In this document: in pieces, positions 47,926 to 57,172 of the stretch | Layout: each line of letters begins with the position of its first letter | How positions within the stretch are numbered: the stretch's first letter is position 1 | Origin: Methanobacteriota archaeon | GTDB lineage: Archaea > Thermoplasmatota > Thermoplasmata > SG8-5 > DAIRED01 | Length of the DNA stretch: 64,000 bases | Assembly (NCBI GenBank): GCA_043799545.1 | Contig: JAZDNO010000019.1 | Coordinates: forward strand, 32,001 to 96,000 | Direction: 5' to 3' | Notes under the pieces: generated by a model | Databases searched by the model: none | Seen by the model: the letters and a program-made list of their open reading frames with translations, nothing else | What the model was told of the DNA's origin: nothing | Made by a program: the position numbers and the translations under genes

Positions 47926-49215
47926 TCAATGCCCGGCCAGCATGGCCTCGAGGTCCTTCCCCGGCTCTCCGATGAGCATGAGGTTGTAGTTATCCTGCAG
48001 GACTTTGAGGACTTTTGGTGTGACGAACGCCGGCGGCGAAGGACCCAGCCTGATGTTCTTGACGCCCAGGTGAAGCAGGGTGAGCAGTATCGCCACCGCC
48101 TTCTGTTCGTACCACGAGAGCACGATAGAAAGCGGGAGTTCGTTCACGCTGCACTTGAACGCTTCCGCGAGCGCCTGCGCGATGAGTATCCCGCTGTAGC
48201 TGTTGTTGCACTGGCCAAGGTCGAGGAGGCGCGGGATGCCGTCTATGTCCCCGAAATCCCTGTCGTTGAAGCGGTACTTTCCGCACGCGACTGTGAGGAT
48301 TAAGCAGTCCCTCGGAACGATCTCGGCCAGGCGCGTGTAATAGTCGCGCCCCGGCTTTGCGCCGTCGCATCCGCCGATGAGGAAGAACCTCCGTATCTTC
48401 CCGGCTTTGACTGCATCGACAATCTTCGGCGCGAGGGCGAGGACGGGCGAGTGGTGGAAGCCGGTCATGAGCGGCTTGCCAGATTTCTCGGGTAGAGCGC
48501 CGATTTTCTTCGCGTGCTCAATAACCGCGCTGTAGTCGGCCCTTTCGACGTGCTTGCAGCCGGCGACCGCTACGATGCTGGTAGTGTATAGCTTATCCCT
48601 GTACGAGTCCAGCGGGGGCATCACGCAGTTCGTCGTCATGAGTATCGGCCCTCCGAATTCAGGGAAATCGGTCCGCTGCTTCTGCCAGGCAGTGCCCCAG
48701 TTGCCGGCGAGATGCTTGTATTTCCTCAGCTCGGGGTAGGCGTGCGCAGGCAGCAGCTCGCCGTGGGTGTAGACCATGATTCCGGTCCCCTCGGTCTGCT
48801 TCAGCAGGGCTTCAAGGTCAAGGAAGTCGTGGCCGGAGACCAAAATCCCGGGAGCGGCCTTCCTCCCGGTCTGGACCCGGGATGGGCTGGGAGTCCCGAA
48901 CCTATTCAGGGTCGCCTCGTCCAGCAGCTTCATGATGCGCAGGTTCGTCTCCCCGGCCTTGAGGACCAATTTCACATGGTCGTTCAGGTCGAAATCCACG
49001 TTGGTCAGGGTCTTGAACAGGGCCTCGTGCATGAACGCGTCCACGGCCTCGTCGTGCACGCCATATTCTCTGGCGTGGTAGGCATACGCTGCGATGCCCT
49101 TCAGACCGTATGTCAGAGTCAATTGCAGGCTCTGTATGTCCTCGTCCTTTCCGCACACACCCTTGACCGTGCATGCCTCTCCCTTCGCCGTCTGCTCGCA
49201 CTGGTTACAGAACAT
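47926..49215 (-). CDS. hcp: Hybrid cluster protein (hydroxylamine reductase), short form
   Basis: MFCNQCEQT...C...GVCGK, SGHD, HGELLP, TTNC, GGCDG, ACGKY, GQCN and WYEQKA. Confidence 0.95.
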   Translation of the reverse strand: MFCNQCEQTAKGEACTVKGVCGKDEDIQSLQLTLTYGLKGIAAYAYHAREYGVHDEAVDAFMHEALFKTLTNVDFDLNDHVKLVLKAGETNLRIMKLLDEATLNRFGTPSPSRVQTGRKAAPGILVSGHDFLDLEALLKQTEGTGIMVYTHGELLPAHAYPELRKYKHLAGNWGTAWQKQRTDFPEFGGPILMTTNCVMPPLDSYRDKLYTTSIVAVAGCKHVERADYSAVIEHAKKIGALPEKSGKPLMTGFHHSPVLALAPKIVDAVKAGKIRRFFLIGGCDGAKPGRDYYTRLAEIVPRDCLILTVACGKYRFNDRDFGDIDGIPRLLDLGQCNNSYSGILIAQALAEAFKCSVNELPLSIVLSWYEQKAVAILLTLLHLGVKNIRLGPSPPAFVTPKVLKVLQDNYNLMLIGEPGKDLEAMLAGH

Positions 49216-49483
49216 ATTTTTCCCCTCCTTTAATGCTGTTGCGGTCTGTCAGAGTCTGGGCCACGCCAGCGTAGCAGTCGTCGCACAGGAACCTCGGAGC
49301 CTTCCGCTCCCTCTTGCGCTCCATTCCGAGCATAGCCATGCCGGCGGTGTCCATCAACACCATCTCGGTGAACGTCACCTCCGCAATCCGCACGTGGTCC
49401 TGGCACAGGCCCATCCCGCACACGACGCATATCCCGACTGCCTGTGATTCCTTCCCCTTTTTGGCGCATTTGTAGCAGAGCAT
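49205..49483 (-). CDS. Small zinc-finger protein (DUF2180-like)
   Basis: CYKC...CVVCGMGLCQDH...LCDDC. It overlaps the hcp start. Confidence 0.8.
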   Translation of the reverse strand: MLCYKCAKKGKESQAVGICVVCGMGLCQDHVRIAEVTFTEMVLMDTAGMAMLGMERKRERKAPRFLCDDCYAGVAQTLTDRNSIKGGEKYVL

Positions 49484-49620
49484 ACCTTTGTCCCCGTGAT
49501 AAACAGGCGCCTATTTGTTATAAATGCAATCCCTACAAAATTAAACGATTGTGAACGTTATGGCATCCCACTCTGCTGGCGTGCAGAGCCAGTGACCAAG
49601 CGACCATTGCAACTCACCCA

Positions 49621-52533
49621 TCAACCTTCGCGACCCAGACCTTCTAGCATCTTCTCGCACCGTTCGGCGTCCTTCCGGATGTTGGACTTCCTGAACGCCT
49701 GCAGCGCCAGCATAAGGTGCTCACGCGCAGATTCCCGTCTTCCCTCCTTCGCCAGGAGTTCGGCATACTGCGTGCGCACGATTGCCCCGTCGATGACGAA
49801 ACCCGCCCCCTCCAGCCTATTGATGGATGATTCGTATTTGACGAAACAGCCATCTTTGTCGCCAGTTCCGAGAAGGACATCCCCCTCCAGCTTATCCACC
49901 ATGCCGATGAACTTCTTCAGGTCGAGTTCCTCCGCGACCCTCTTCGCGCGCTCAATGTTCACACTTGCGTCTTCCAGCCTTCCCGTGGCCAGGTTCAGCT
50001 CCGCCAGGCCGCAGTTCGCGCTGGCCTCGCCGGGCCTGTCTCCGTCCGCCGACGCGATCTCGAGTGCGTGCGTGTAGGCATCTAAGGCGCCCTCCGCATC
50101 GCCGAGATTCGTCTTGCATTTGGCTATATTTGTGTACAGGCGCGCTGACTCGACTCCCAACCTTTCCGAGAGTTCTAACGCCCGCGAGAAATGCGCCATC
50201 GCGTTGTCGAAATCGGCTGTGTCCTGCAGGAGTGCGCCGATGTTGGTGTTGGCGAAGAGCGCGCCCATCAGGTCTCCAATCCCCTCGCGGATGGCGAGCG
50301 CCCTCTTGTAGTAGTCGAGCGCAGCGCCGTAATCACCGAGGTCTGCGTGAGCGTTCCCGATGTTGTTCAGGGAAGCCGCGATGACATCCTTGTTGCCGGA
50401 TTTCTCTCGGGCCAACAACGCCTTCGAGTAATTCTCCAATGCCCGGGAGTTCTCTCCCCTGTCCGCGAGCACGTTGCCTATGAGGTTGAACGCGAACCCA
50501 GTCTCCTCGTAGGCGTTTCCCTGCTTCTCAAGAAGGGAAAGGCAGTCGTTGGCGCACGTCAATGCCGTGTCGAACTCACCAAGGCGCCAGTGAACAACCC
50601 CCTTTCCGACGGTCAGCTTGCTGAGCTCCGGGGAATCGGTAGCTTCGACTAGTTTGATTCCGGTTTCGAAGGATTCAATCGCGGCCTTCGGGTTCCCCGC
50701 CTTTTCTAGGGTATACCCGATTTTCCTGTGCAACCTGGCAGACCCTTCGGGCTCTTGGTTGGCCGACCTAGCAGACTCGTACTTCCCCACAGCTTCGACG
50801 AATCTGCTCACGAGCCTGAGCATGTCGCCGGTCCTCTCGCGTATTGCCGGAAGCCTCTCAGCATCGAGCAGGTTGCCGCTTTTGGCCGATGAGATGAGCG
50901 ATTCGACGAATTCGAAATATTCAATCGCCGACGCCGGTGCGTAGACCAAGGCGGATTTCTCCCCGGCCAAGAGGTTGTAGTTCAGAGCCTTGCCGTGCTC
51001 GCGGCTCCTTCTAAAATGGTACGCTAGTTCGTGGAGGCGCGCTTCTTGCAGTCCGAGCCCTTCGATTGTCTCCCCTATTCGCCTGTGCCTGGCCGCCCTC
51101 CATCGCTCCCCCGTTTCGCCGTATATTATCTCCCTAACCTTCGGCATGGAGAACCTGTATGCTCCGTCGTCCCGTATGACGAGATGTCTCCCTTCGAGGC
51201 GCTCCAAGGCGCTCTCGAACGATTTTCCTGGCAGGTCCTTTTCCGAGACCGCGCGCGATAGAATGTCGAAGTCAATATCCCCTGGCATCGCCGCCATCAG
51301 TTCTATAACTTCGAGTTCGAGGTCGTGGAGGGAGTCGATTTTGGAGTGCAGAAGCGCGGACATCTGCGCCCCCACGCCGCTGGAGATTTGATAGTCCAAC
51401 TCCGCAACATCCCCCACGCCCTTCGACACGATCAGGTCGGCGTATTCGCGAAGCAGCGCAGGGTTTCCGCCCGTCCTCTTGACGATTTCGAGCACGAGCT
51501 CTTCACGGAGCCCGTCCCCGCATGTTGAGCGGACGAATGCTGCGGCAGAAGGCTCGTTTAAATCTGCGAGGTGGATGATTTCGCCGTGCTTGTCAGCCAG
51601 AGTCATCAGGGCAGAGATGTGCTCAACCCCCTCCATCGGCTGCAGGGCTGCGATTACGAGCAGCTTCCTCTTTTTGTTGGTCCTCACAAGATGTTCCAGG
51701 AGTTGAAGCGAATTGCCGTCTATGGAGTGTGCGTCGTCGATGAAGAGCAAGGTTGGGGATTCCGATGCCAGCCTGTCGAACAGTAGCGAGTTCCTCTCGC
51801 CTATCCTGACCATCTGCTTCTTTATGTCGACATCGTCTCTCCTGGTTTCGAGGATGTACATCTTCTCCAGGAGTCCTTTCGCGAGGGCGGCGATGGGTGC
51901 AGCGGCCCTCATGTCCCCAGACCAGTTCCGCACGGTGTCGCCGTGCGCTGATTCCATCTCGGAGACGCACCTCCCGAGGTCCCTCCTCATCTGGGGGCTA
52001 TCGGTTCCGGACAGGACTCCCACGCAGAAGCAGTCACTCCCGTGCTCGATGAGTATCTTGCTGGTCCTATACTCCAGTTTGCCCAGGCCGCCCTCCTCGA
52101 TGCCGCCGTCCCCGATGGCCGCCCTGCCCAGGGAATCCCCCACAAAATTCTGCACTGCGGATATCATGCCGCCGACGATGTCCTCGTCCATCGGAGTGTC
52201 GACCCTGGCAGCGTGCGCCAGCACGAGCCCCGCTTTGTTGATGATGAAAATCCTCTCGAACGAGGCCTTCTCTTCCCAAGGCAGTTCGACTATTCCCACG
52301 TTCCTGAAAGACTGGACGAAGACGCCGTATGGCGGAGCCCCTTCGTAGCAATTGGCGGACAAGGTCTTCCAGTTGCCCGGCGGCAGCGCTTTCGCAAACT
52401 CCGACGCCAGGGTGCTCTTCCCTGTCCCCTCGTCGCCGGCGATCAAGATGAATCTTCCCGAACCAGAGAGCACTTCGCCGAGCCTCGCATTGAGCCTGCC
52501 GAGTTCGTCCACTCTTTCCAACCGAGGAACCAT
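49621..52533 (-). CDS. Second STAND/AAA_16-type NTPase with longin-like insert and TPR array
   Basis: Walker A GDEGTGKS, Walker B LLFIDDAH, GGNPALL and ASLNNIGN TPRs. Confidence 0.85.
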   Translation of the reverse strand: MVPRLERVDELGRLNARLGEVLSGSGRFILIAGDEGTGKSTLASEFAKALPPGNWKTLSANCYEGAPPYGVFVQSFRNVGIVELPWEEKASFERIFIINKAGLVLAHAARVDTPMDEDIVGGMISAVQNFVGDSLGRAAIGDGGIEEGGLGKLEYRTSKILIEHGSDCFCVGVLSGTDSPQMRRDLGRCVSEMESAHGDTVRNWSGDMRAAAPIAALAKGLLEKMYILETRRDDVDIKKQMVRIGERNSLLFDRLASESPTLLFIDDAHSIDGNSLQLLEHLVRTNKKRKLLVIAALQPMEGVEHISALMTLADKHGEIIHLADLNEPSAAAFVRSTCGDGLREELVLEIVKRTGGNPALLREYADLIVSKGVGDVAELDYQISSGVGAQMSALLHSKIDSLHDLELEVIELMAAMPGDIDFDILSRAVSEKDLPGKSFESALERLEGRHLVIRDDGAYRFSMPKVREIIYGETGERWRAARHRRIGETIEGLGLQEARLHELAYHFRRSREHGKALNYNLLAGEKSALVYAPASAIEYFEFVESLISSAKSGNLLDAERLPAIRERTGDMLRLVSRFVEAVGKYESARSANQEPEGSARLHRKIGYTLEKAGNPKAAIESFETGIKLVEATDSPELSKLTVGKGVVHWRLGEFDTALTCANDCLSLLEKQGNAYEETGFAFNLIGNVLADRGENSRALENYSKALLAREKSGNKDVIAASLNNIGNAHADLGDYGAALDYYKRALAIREGIGDLMGALFANTNIGALLQDTADFDNAMAHFSRALELSERLGVESARLYTNIAKCKTNLGDAEGALDAYTHALEIASADGDRPGEASANCGLAELNLATGRLEDASVNIERAKRVAEELDLKKFIGMVDKLEGDVLLGTGDKDGCFVKYESSINRLEGAGFVIDGAIVRTQYAELLAKEGRRESAREHLMLALQAFRKSNIRKDAERCEKMLEGLGREG

Positions 52534-52665
52534 TTTCCTTTCCCGCCCACAATGCGGAGCGGTATCAGCACCCGCACCCGCATTGGTAATGCGCCTTCGG
52601 ATATATCGCTTTGTTCATCCCTTCGCGTCGAATGCAGATTTCGATGGGCTGGCACGACCTGCCAG

Positions 52666-53412
52666 TCAAACGGGTTTTTTCTTCCTGTCTCGCCAGTAAT
52701 CGCAAATCAAGTATACGATTACGGACGCCAATATGCAGTACCCAATCGTCTCGACGACCGTCCGTCCGTAGGAATCCAGTATCGCCCCGCCAGCGTAGTA
52801 GCTCGCGCCGGCGATGGCGAAGCAGCCGATGAGCGAACCCGCGGTCACGGCTGCGAATACGACCCTTCCTCGAATCCCGGCCATCCTCCCAATCAGGGTG
52901 GACATGATTCCTCCGCTGCCCTGGACCGAGAGGCTCACGAACCCCGTCAAGCCCATGAATGCCAGCTTCTCCCCCTCGCGGCGCTTGCGGAGCCTGGCCG
53001 CTCCCTTCTCCTCCAGCTTGCGAAGCCACTTGCCAATGACGGGAATCATCTGGAGGAGGTCGAAGTTGTTCACAAGGAACATTGAGCACGTGATGTCAAT
53101 GAACGCGACCGAGAAGGCCACGAGAGCTATGTCCAAGAACGGGCTGGTTTCTCCGTGCATCTCGCGGAGGCCGGGCATGTCCACGCTCCAGCCTATCCAA
53201 GAAGCGACGGTGTTCAACCCCACGAGCAGAGCCCCCGGGATGAGCAGGTACTTGCCGATGGGGGTGATGAAGTAGAGCACCATCAGCGCCCCCGCGAGCA
53301 TGAAAGCCTCCCATTCCAGGAATTCGTATAGTGCGATGCAGTAGAGTGCGACTATCGCGACTGGAAGGAAGAACAATCCGAGGCGCTTCGCGACATATCT
53401 CCAATCAGGCAT
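52666..53412 (-). CDS. Small multidrug export-like membrane protein (COG2426-like)
   Basis: Multiple TM helices, and GSGGIMSTLIGRMAG...VTAGSLIG. Confidence 0.65.
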   Translation of the reverse strand: MPDWRYVAKRLGLFFLPVAIVALYCIALYEFLEWEAFMLAGALMVLYFITPIGKYLLIPGALLVGLNTVASWIGWSVDMPGLREMHGETSPFLDIALVAFSVAFIDITCSMFLVNNFDLLQMIPVIGKWLRKLEEKGAARLRKRREGEKLAFMGLTGFVSLSVQGSGGIMSTLIGRMAGIRGRVVFAAVTAGSLIGCFAIAGASYYAGGAILDSYGRTVVETIGYCILASVIVYLICDYWRDRKKKPV

Positions 53413-53983
53413 CTTCACCCTTCTCTGCGTGTGCGGCCTCGGCCAGATGCCCCATGAGCGCGGAAAAGGCCCTTCCCCTGTGGGAGATGCGGTTCTTGAT
53501 GGAATGGTCCATCTCGGCGAAGGTCATGGAAGTTCCATTCGGTACGAAGACTGGGTCGAAGCCGAAACCGCTTTCACCACGCGGAGCCTCTGAAATGGAG
53601 CCCTCGGTTACACCGGTGAAGATGTGCCTCTTGCCGTCAATCACCAGGCCGGCGCAGCATTCGAAGCGCGCGCTCCTGTCCTCGGCGCCTTCGAGCAGCT
53701 TGAGGATTCCCTGCCAACCCAGCGTCTTGTAAGCGTGGGCCGAGTAAACGCCCGGGAAGCCTTTCAGCGCCTCCACGAAGAGACCGGAATCGTCGATAAT
53801 GAACGGCTCCTCGACCCTGCTCGACATCCATTCGAGGCCGTAGTTCACGACGGCCTCCAGGGTCTCGACCTGCAGCTCCGGGTACGTGGTGTTGATTCTT
53901 TCAACCTTGTAACCCAGCGGCTCCAGCATGGCCCTGACCTCAGACGCCTTTCCCTCGTTCGACGTGACGAACCTAATGTTCAT
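53405..53983 (-). CDS. rdgB: Non-canonical purine NTP pyrophosphatase (RdgB/HAM1)
   Basis: FVTSNEGK, DDSGL, GFPGVYS, GFGFDPVF and KNRISHRGRA. Confidence 0.95.
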   Translation of the reverse strand: MNIRFVTSNEGKASEVRAMLEPLGYKVERINTTYPELQVETLEAVVNYGLEWMSSRVEEPFIIDDSGLFVEALKGFPGVYSAHAYKTLGWQGILKLLEGAEDRSARFECCAGLVIDGKRHIFTGVTEGSISEAPRGESGFGFDPVFVPNGTSMTFAEMDHSIKNRISHRGRAFSALMGHLAEAAHAEKGEDA

Positions 53984-54593
53984 GGTATCTGCCCCTTTTC
54001 TCAACCTGGCCGACGACTTTCTCAATCTCCCGCGCCCCCGGGAACTCCGCCCTGTATCCCTCGAGCACGCTCTCGAAGCAATCCATGTGCGCCGAGTGCG
54101 CCGACTGGAAAGCCTCCTTCAGCAGGTGGAGGTCGACCGCCTTCTTCTCCGCCTCGGGGGTGAGCTCCCCCATGCTGAAGTCTATCATGTAAAGCCCGTC
54201 CGCGACTATGACGTTGGACGTTGTGAAATCCCCATGGATAATGTCCGCCTTGTGGAGTTTTCCGGCGCAGCGGCCCAGCTCGCGGCACAGGCGCTTCCTC
54301 TCGGCTGGCTTCGCCGCGTCGATGGCCTCCTTGGCCTGCGGCCCTTCTATGAACTGCATGATGATTTTGTGGTTGGCCACGTCCGCGTCGTAGATGACCG
54401 GGACGAGGACGCCCGCCTTCCTGGCGGAGGCCACGAGCCTGACCTCGGCCCTCATGCGCTGCCTCCTGATGCGCTCGTCCAGCTCCGCGAGGCGGTAGCC
54501 CTTTGGGACGCGATGCTTGACAACCGCCTTCCTGCCCTTCCAATCAGCCAGGCACAGCTCCGCCTCCGCCCCGCGCCTGTAGATTTCCATCAA
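53973..54593 (-). CDS. bud32: KEOPS complex kinase Bud32
   Basis: RGAEA, KHRVPKGYR, IHGDFTTSN, IDFS and AVDLHLL. Confidence 0.93.
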   Translation of the reverse strand: MMEIYRRGAEAELCLADWKGRKAVVKHRVPKGYRLAELDERIRRQRMRAEVRLVASARKAGVLVPVIYDADVANHKIIMQFIEGPQAKEAIDAAKPAERKRLCRELGRCAGKLHKADIIHGDFTTSNVIVADGLYMIDFSMGELTPEAEKKAVDLHLLKEAFQSAHSAHMDCFESVLEGYRAEFPGAREIEKVVGQVEKRGRYHEH

Positions 54594-55063
54594 TCGCGCC
54601 CCTTGAACATGCCCCGGACAACGTCGCCCCTCGACAGGATGCCGACCAATCCCTCATCGCCAACGACCGGAAGCCTGTTCACGTTGTGGCCGTTCATGAG
54701 GTTGACGGCCACAGAGAGGTCGTCGCCCGGCTTCACGGTGAGCACCTTCTGGTGCATGACATCCTGGACCTTCATGTCTGCCACTTCGTGCATCGCTTTC
54801 GAAATCTCAGTCTGCATGTCCTCCTCGACGAAGGAGACGCTCACCATTGATAGAGAGGGATAGACCATCTTCAGGACCTTCGTGCGCTTCTTCACGGCCC
54901 CCACGATGTCAGACTCGCTTAGTATCCCGACGAGCTTCCCGCTGTCGTCCACGACTGGCACCCCCGAAATGCCAGCGTCCGCCATCCGGCGGGCGGCGTC
55001 CTTGACGCTCTCCTTCGGGCTCGCCTTGATTACCTTGACGTTCATCAAATCGCCGACTTTCAT
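54590..55063 (-). CDS. CBS-domain pair protein
   Basis: ISGVPVVD...LVGILSESDI and VNRLPVV...LVGILSRGDV. Confidence 0.92.
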   Translation of the reverse strand: MKVGDLMNVKVIKASPKESVKDAARRMADAGISGVPVVDDSGKLVGILSESDIVGAVKKRTKVLKMVYPSLSMVSVSFVEEDMQTEISKAMHEVADMKVQDVMHQKVLTVKPGDDLSVAVNLMNGHNVNRLPVVGDEGLVGILSRGDVVRGMFKGRD

Positions 55064-56364
55064 TTCTTTTCCTCCTTTCGCAGGTCTATGACGCGCTTCG
55101 CTTTGCCCTCGGAGCGCGGGAGCGATTCGGGCGGGAGAAGCTCCACCTTCGCCCTCACAGTTAGCAAGGCCTGCAGCTCCTTCTCCACGTCGGCCTTCAG
55201 CCTCGCCATCTGCGCCTTGTCCTGGTGCTTGAAGTTCGGGGAGACCTCCGCTTTGACACTCAAGTGGTCAAGGAGGTCGCGCTCGACAATTATCTGGTAC
55301 TGGTCCCCCATCTCCGGCATGTTCATGAGCACGTGCTCGACCTGGCTCGGGAAGACGTTGACGCCGCCTATGATGAGCATGTCGTCGCTCCTGCCCTTGA
55401 TGCGCATAATCCTCGGATGCCAGCGCCCGCACTCGCACTCCTCGTATTCCAGGGTGGCCAGGTCGCGCGTCCGGTATCGTATCAGGGGCATCGCCTCCCT
55501 CGTGAGCATCGTTATGACCAGCTCGCCTTTCTGTCCCGGCGGGAGTGGCTGCAGGGTCTCCGTGTCCACTATCTCGGGAAGGAACTCGTCCCCCCAGATG
55601 TGCAGGCCTTTCTGGTGCTCGCATTCGACTGCGACGCCTGGTCCGTACAGCTCGCTCATGCCGTAGCAGTCGTGCGCCCGCAGCCCGAACGTTTCCTGGA
55701 TGCGCTTCCTCGCCTCCTCGGACCACGGCTCGGCCCCAAAGAGCCCGACGCGCAGGCGCAGGTCCTTCTTCGGGTCCATCCCTTCCTTGATGGCCTCCTC
55801 GCCGATGTACATGGCGTATGATGGGGTGCAGGCGAGCGCGGTGGTCTTCATGTCCTTCATGAGCATGAGCTGGCGCTTCGTGTTTCCCGCCGCCGCAGGA
55901 ATGACGACCGCGCCGATGCGCTCCGCGCCGTAGTGGAATCCCAAGCCGCCTGTGAACAGCCCGTAACCGTAGGCGTTCTGGACTATGTCCTTGGGCGTGA
56001 CGTTCGCTGCAGCGTACGTCCGCGCCATCATCCGTATCCAGGTCTCCAAATCGTTGCGCGTGTAAGTTACGACCGTGGGCTTTCCCGTCGTGCCGGACGA
56101 GGCGTGGAGGCGCACGACCTTCTCCAACTGCACCGCGAGGATGCCGTACGGGTAGTGGTCCCTCAGGTCGGTTTTGACTGTGAAAGGCAGCTTGGCCACG
56201 TCTTCGAGCGAACGGATGGAGTCCGCGCTGACGCCCTTCTCCTTGAACCGCTTCCCGTACATCGGGACGTTGTCCGCAGCGTACCGCGCCATCTTCTTAA
56301 TGCGCTCGAGCTGAAGTTTCTGCAAAGCTTCCGGTCTCATTGTCTCAAGTTCTGGCTCGTACAA
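55060..56364 (-). CDS. paaK: Phenylacetate-CoA ligase family protein
   Basis: HASSGTTGKP, YGLFTGGLG, GAEPWSE, YGMSE, RYRTRD and GRSDDMLIIGGVNVFPSQVE. Confidence 0.92.
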   Translation of the reverse strand: MYEPELETMRPEALQKLQLERIKKMARYAADNVPMYGKRFKEKGVSADSIRSLEDVAKLPFTVKTDLRDHYPYGILAVQLEKVVRLHASSGTTGKPTVVTYTRNDLETWIRMMARTYAAANVTPKDIVQNAYGYGLFTGGLGFHYGAERIGAVVIPAAAGNTKRQLMLMKDMKTTALACTPSYAMYIGEEAIKEGMDPKKDLRLRVGLFGAEPWSEEARKRIQETFGLRAHDCYGMSELYGPGVAVECEHQKGLHIWGDEFLPEIVDTETLQPLPPGQKGELVITMLTREAMPLIRYRTRDLATLEYEECECGRWHPRIMRIKGRSDDMLIIGGVNVFPSQVEHVLMNMPEMGDQYQIIVERDLLDHLSVKAEVSPNFKHQDKAQMARLKADVEKELQALLTVRAKVELLPPESLPRSEGKAKRVIDLRKEEKK

Positions 56365-56442
56365 TCGAATCCCTCGCGCATCGGGGATTGTGGAGGGGGG
56401 TGAAATAGGTTTCGGGAGAGACCTGACTGCGAATGCAAAAAT

Positions 56443-56616
56443 CTATTTTTTATTGATGCGGTTCTTCTCTTTCGGCATGCCCGGCATCTCGTTTTGTCCG
56501 TCTAGCATGAACTTCACTGATTCGTTCATGTTGACGATTGCCGCTTCCATGCGCTCCAGGCGGCAGTTCAGGCAGTTGCAGCCTTCCATGGGTCGCTCGT
56601 TCTTGTCGGATTTCAT
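56443..56616 (-). CDS. Small 57-aa protein with CxCxxC motif (not in ORF track)
   Basis: Hand translation: MKSDKNERPMEGCNCLNCRLERMEAAIVNMNESVKFMLDGQNEMPGMPKEKNRINKK. It fills an otherwise empty gap. Confidence 0.6.
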   Translation of the reverse strand: MKSDKNERPMEGCNCLNCRLERMEAAIVNMNESVKFMLDGQNEMPGMPKEKNRINKK

Positions 56617-56704
56617 CGGATACCGTCATCTGGATGGCGGATTTGCCATTTATACCTATTCTTCAAATTATCCTATATGGTAGCGTGGTCGTCGGAGACC
56701 TCTT

Positions 56705-57043
56705 TCATGCCCGCTTGGGTTTGTATCTGTCCCTCTGGTCGAAAATTGCGAACGAGGCATATCCGGCATGAATCCTTGCGGAATGCTTCACTTCTTTATC
56801 GATGAAGAACCGGTCCCCCTTTCCGTAGGAGTTCTTCCTGCCCTCGACTGTCACCTCGGCGCGGCCTTCCAGGACGATTTCCCACTGGCTCGCGTGCGAA
56901 TGCTCGGGGACGTCCGTATCCTTGTCGAATTCCATGAAGACGATTTGGTGTGTCTCCGCTTGGGATATGAACACCCTCGCCCCATCGAACGGGATGTCAG
57001 CTTCAGGCAGGGCTTTCACAATTTCAGGGTATATGGATGGCAT
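56705..57043 (-). CDS. Cupin-domain protein
   Basis: VPEHSHASQWEIVLEG and FFIDKEVKHSA. Confidence 0.88.
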   Translation of the reverse strand: MPSIYPEIVKALPEADIPFDGARVFISQAETHQIVFMEFDKDTDVPEHSHASQWEIVLEGRAEVTVEGRKNSYGKGDRFFIDKEVKHSARIHAGYASFAIFDQRDRYKPKRA

Positions 57044-57172
57044 GGCGCATCACCTGCCAAAAGATGGCGCTTAGACTGAAATACCTTTCGCTCGCCCCCC
57101 GGATGGCCGCCCCCGGTTCTGCCGCTCTATCGAGTGCGCACCTTTTTACACAACCGCCCCTTCCCAACTAGC

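Noticed and set aside
56628-56637. Another 10-nt match (ATCTGGATGG) to the tRNA-Pro 3' end
   Set aside because: It is in inverted orientation and 10 kb away. One such 10-mer in 64 kb is plausible by chance.
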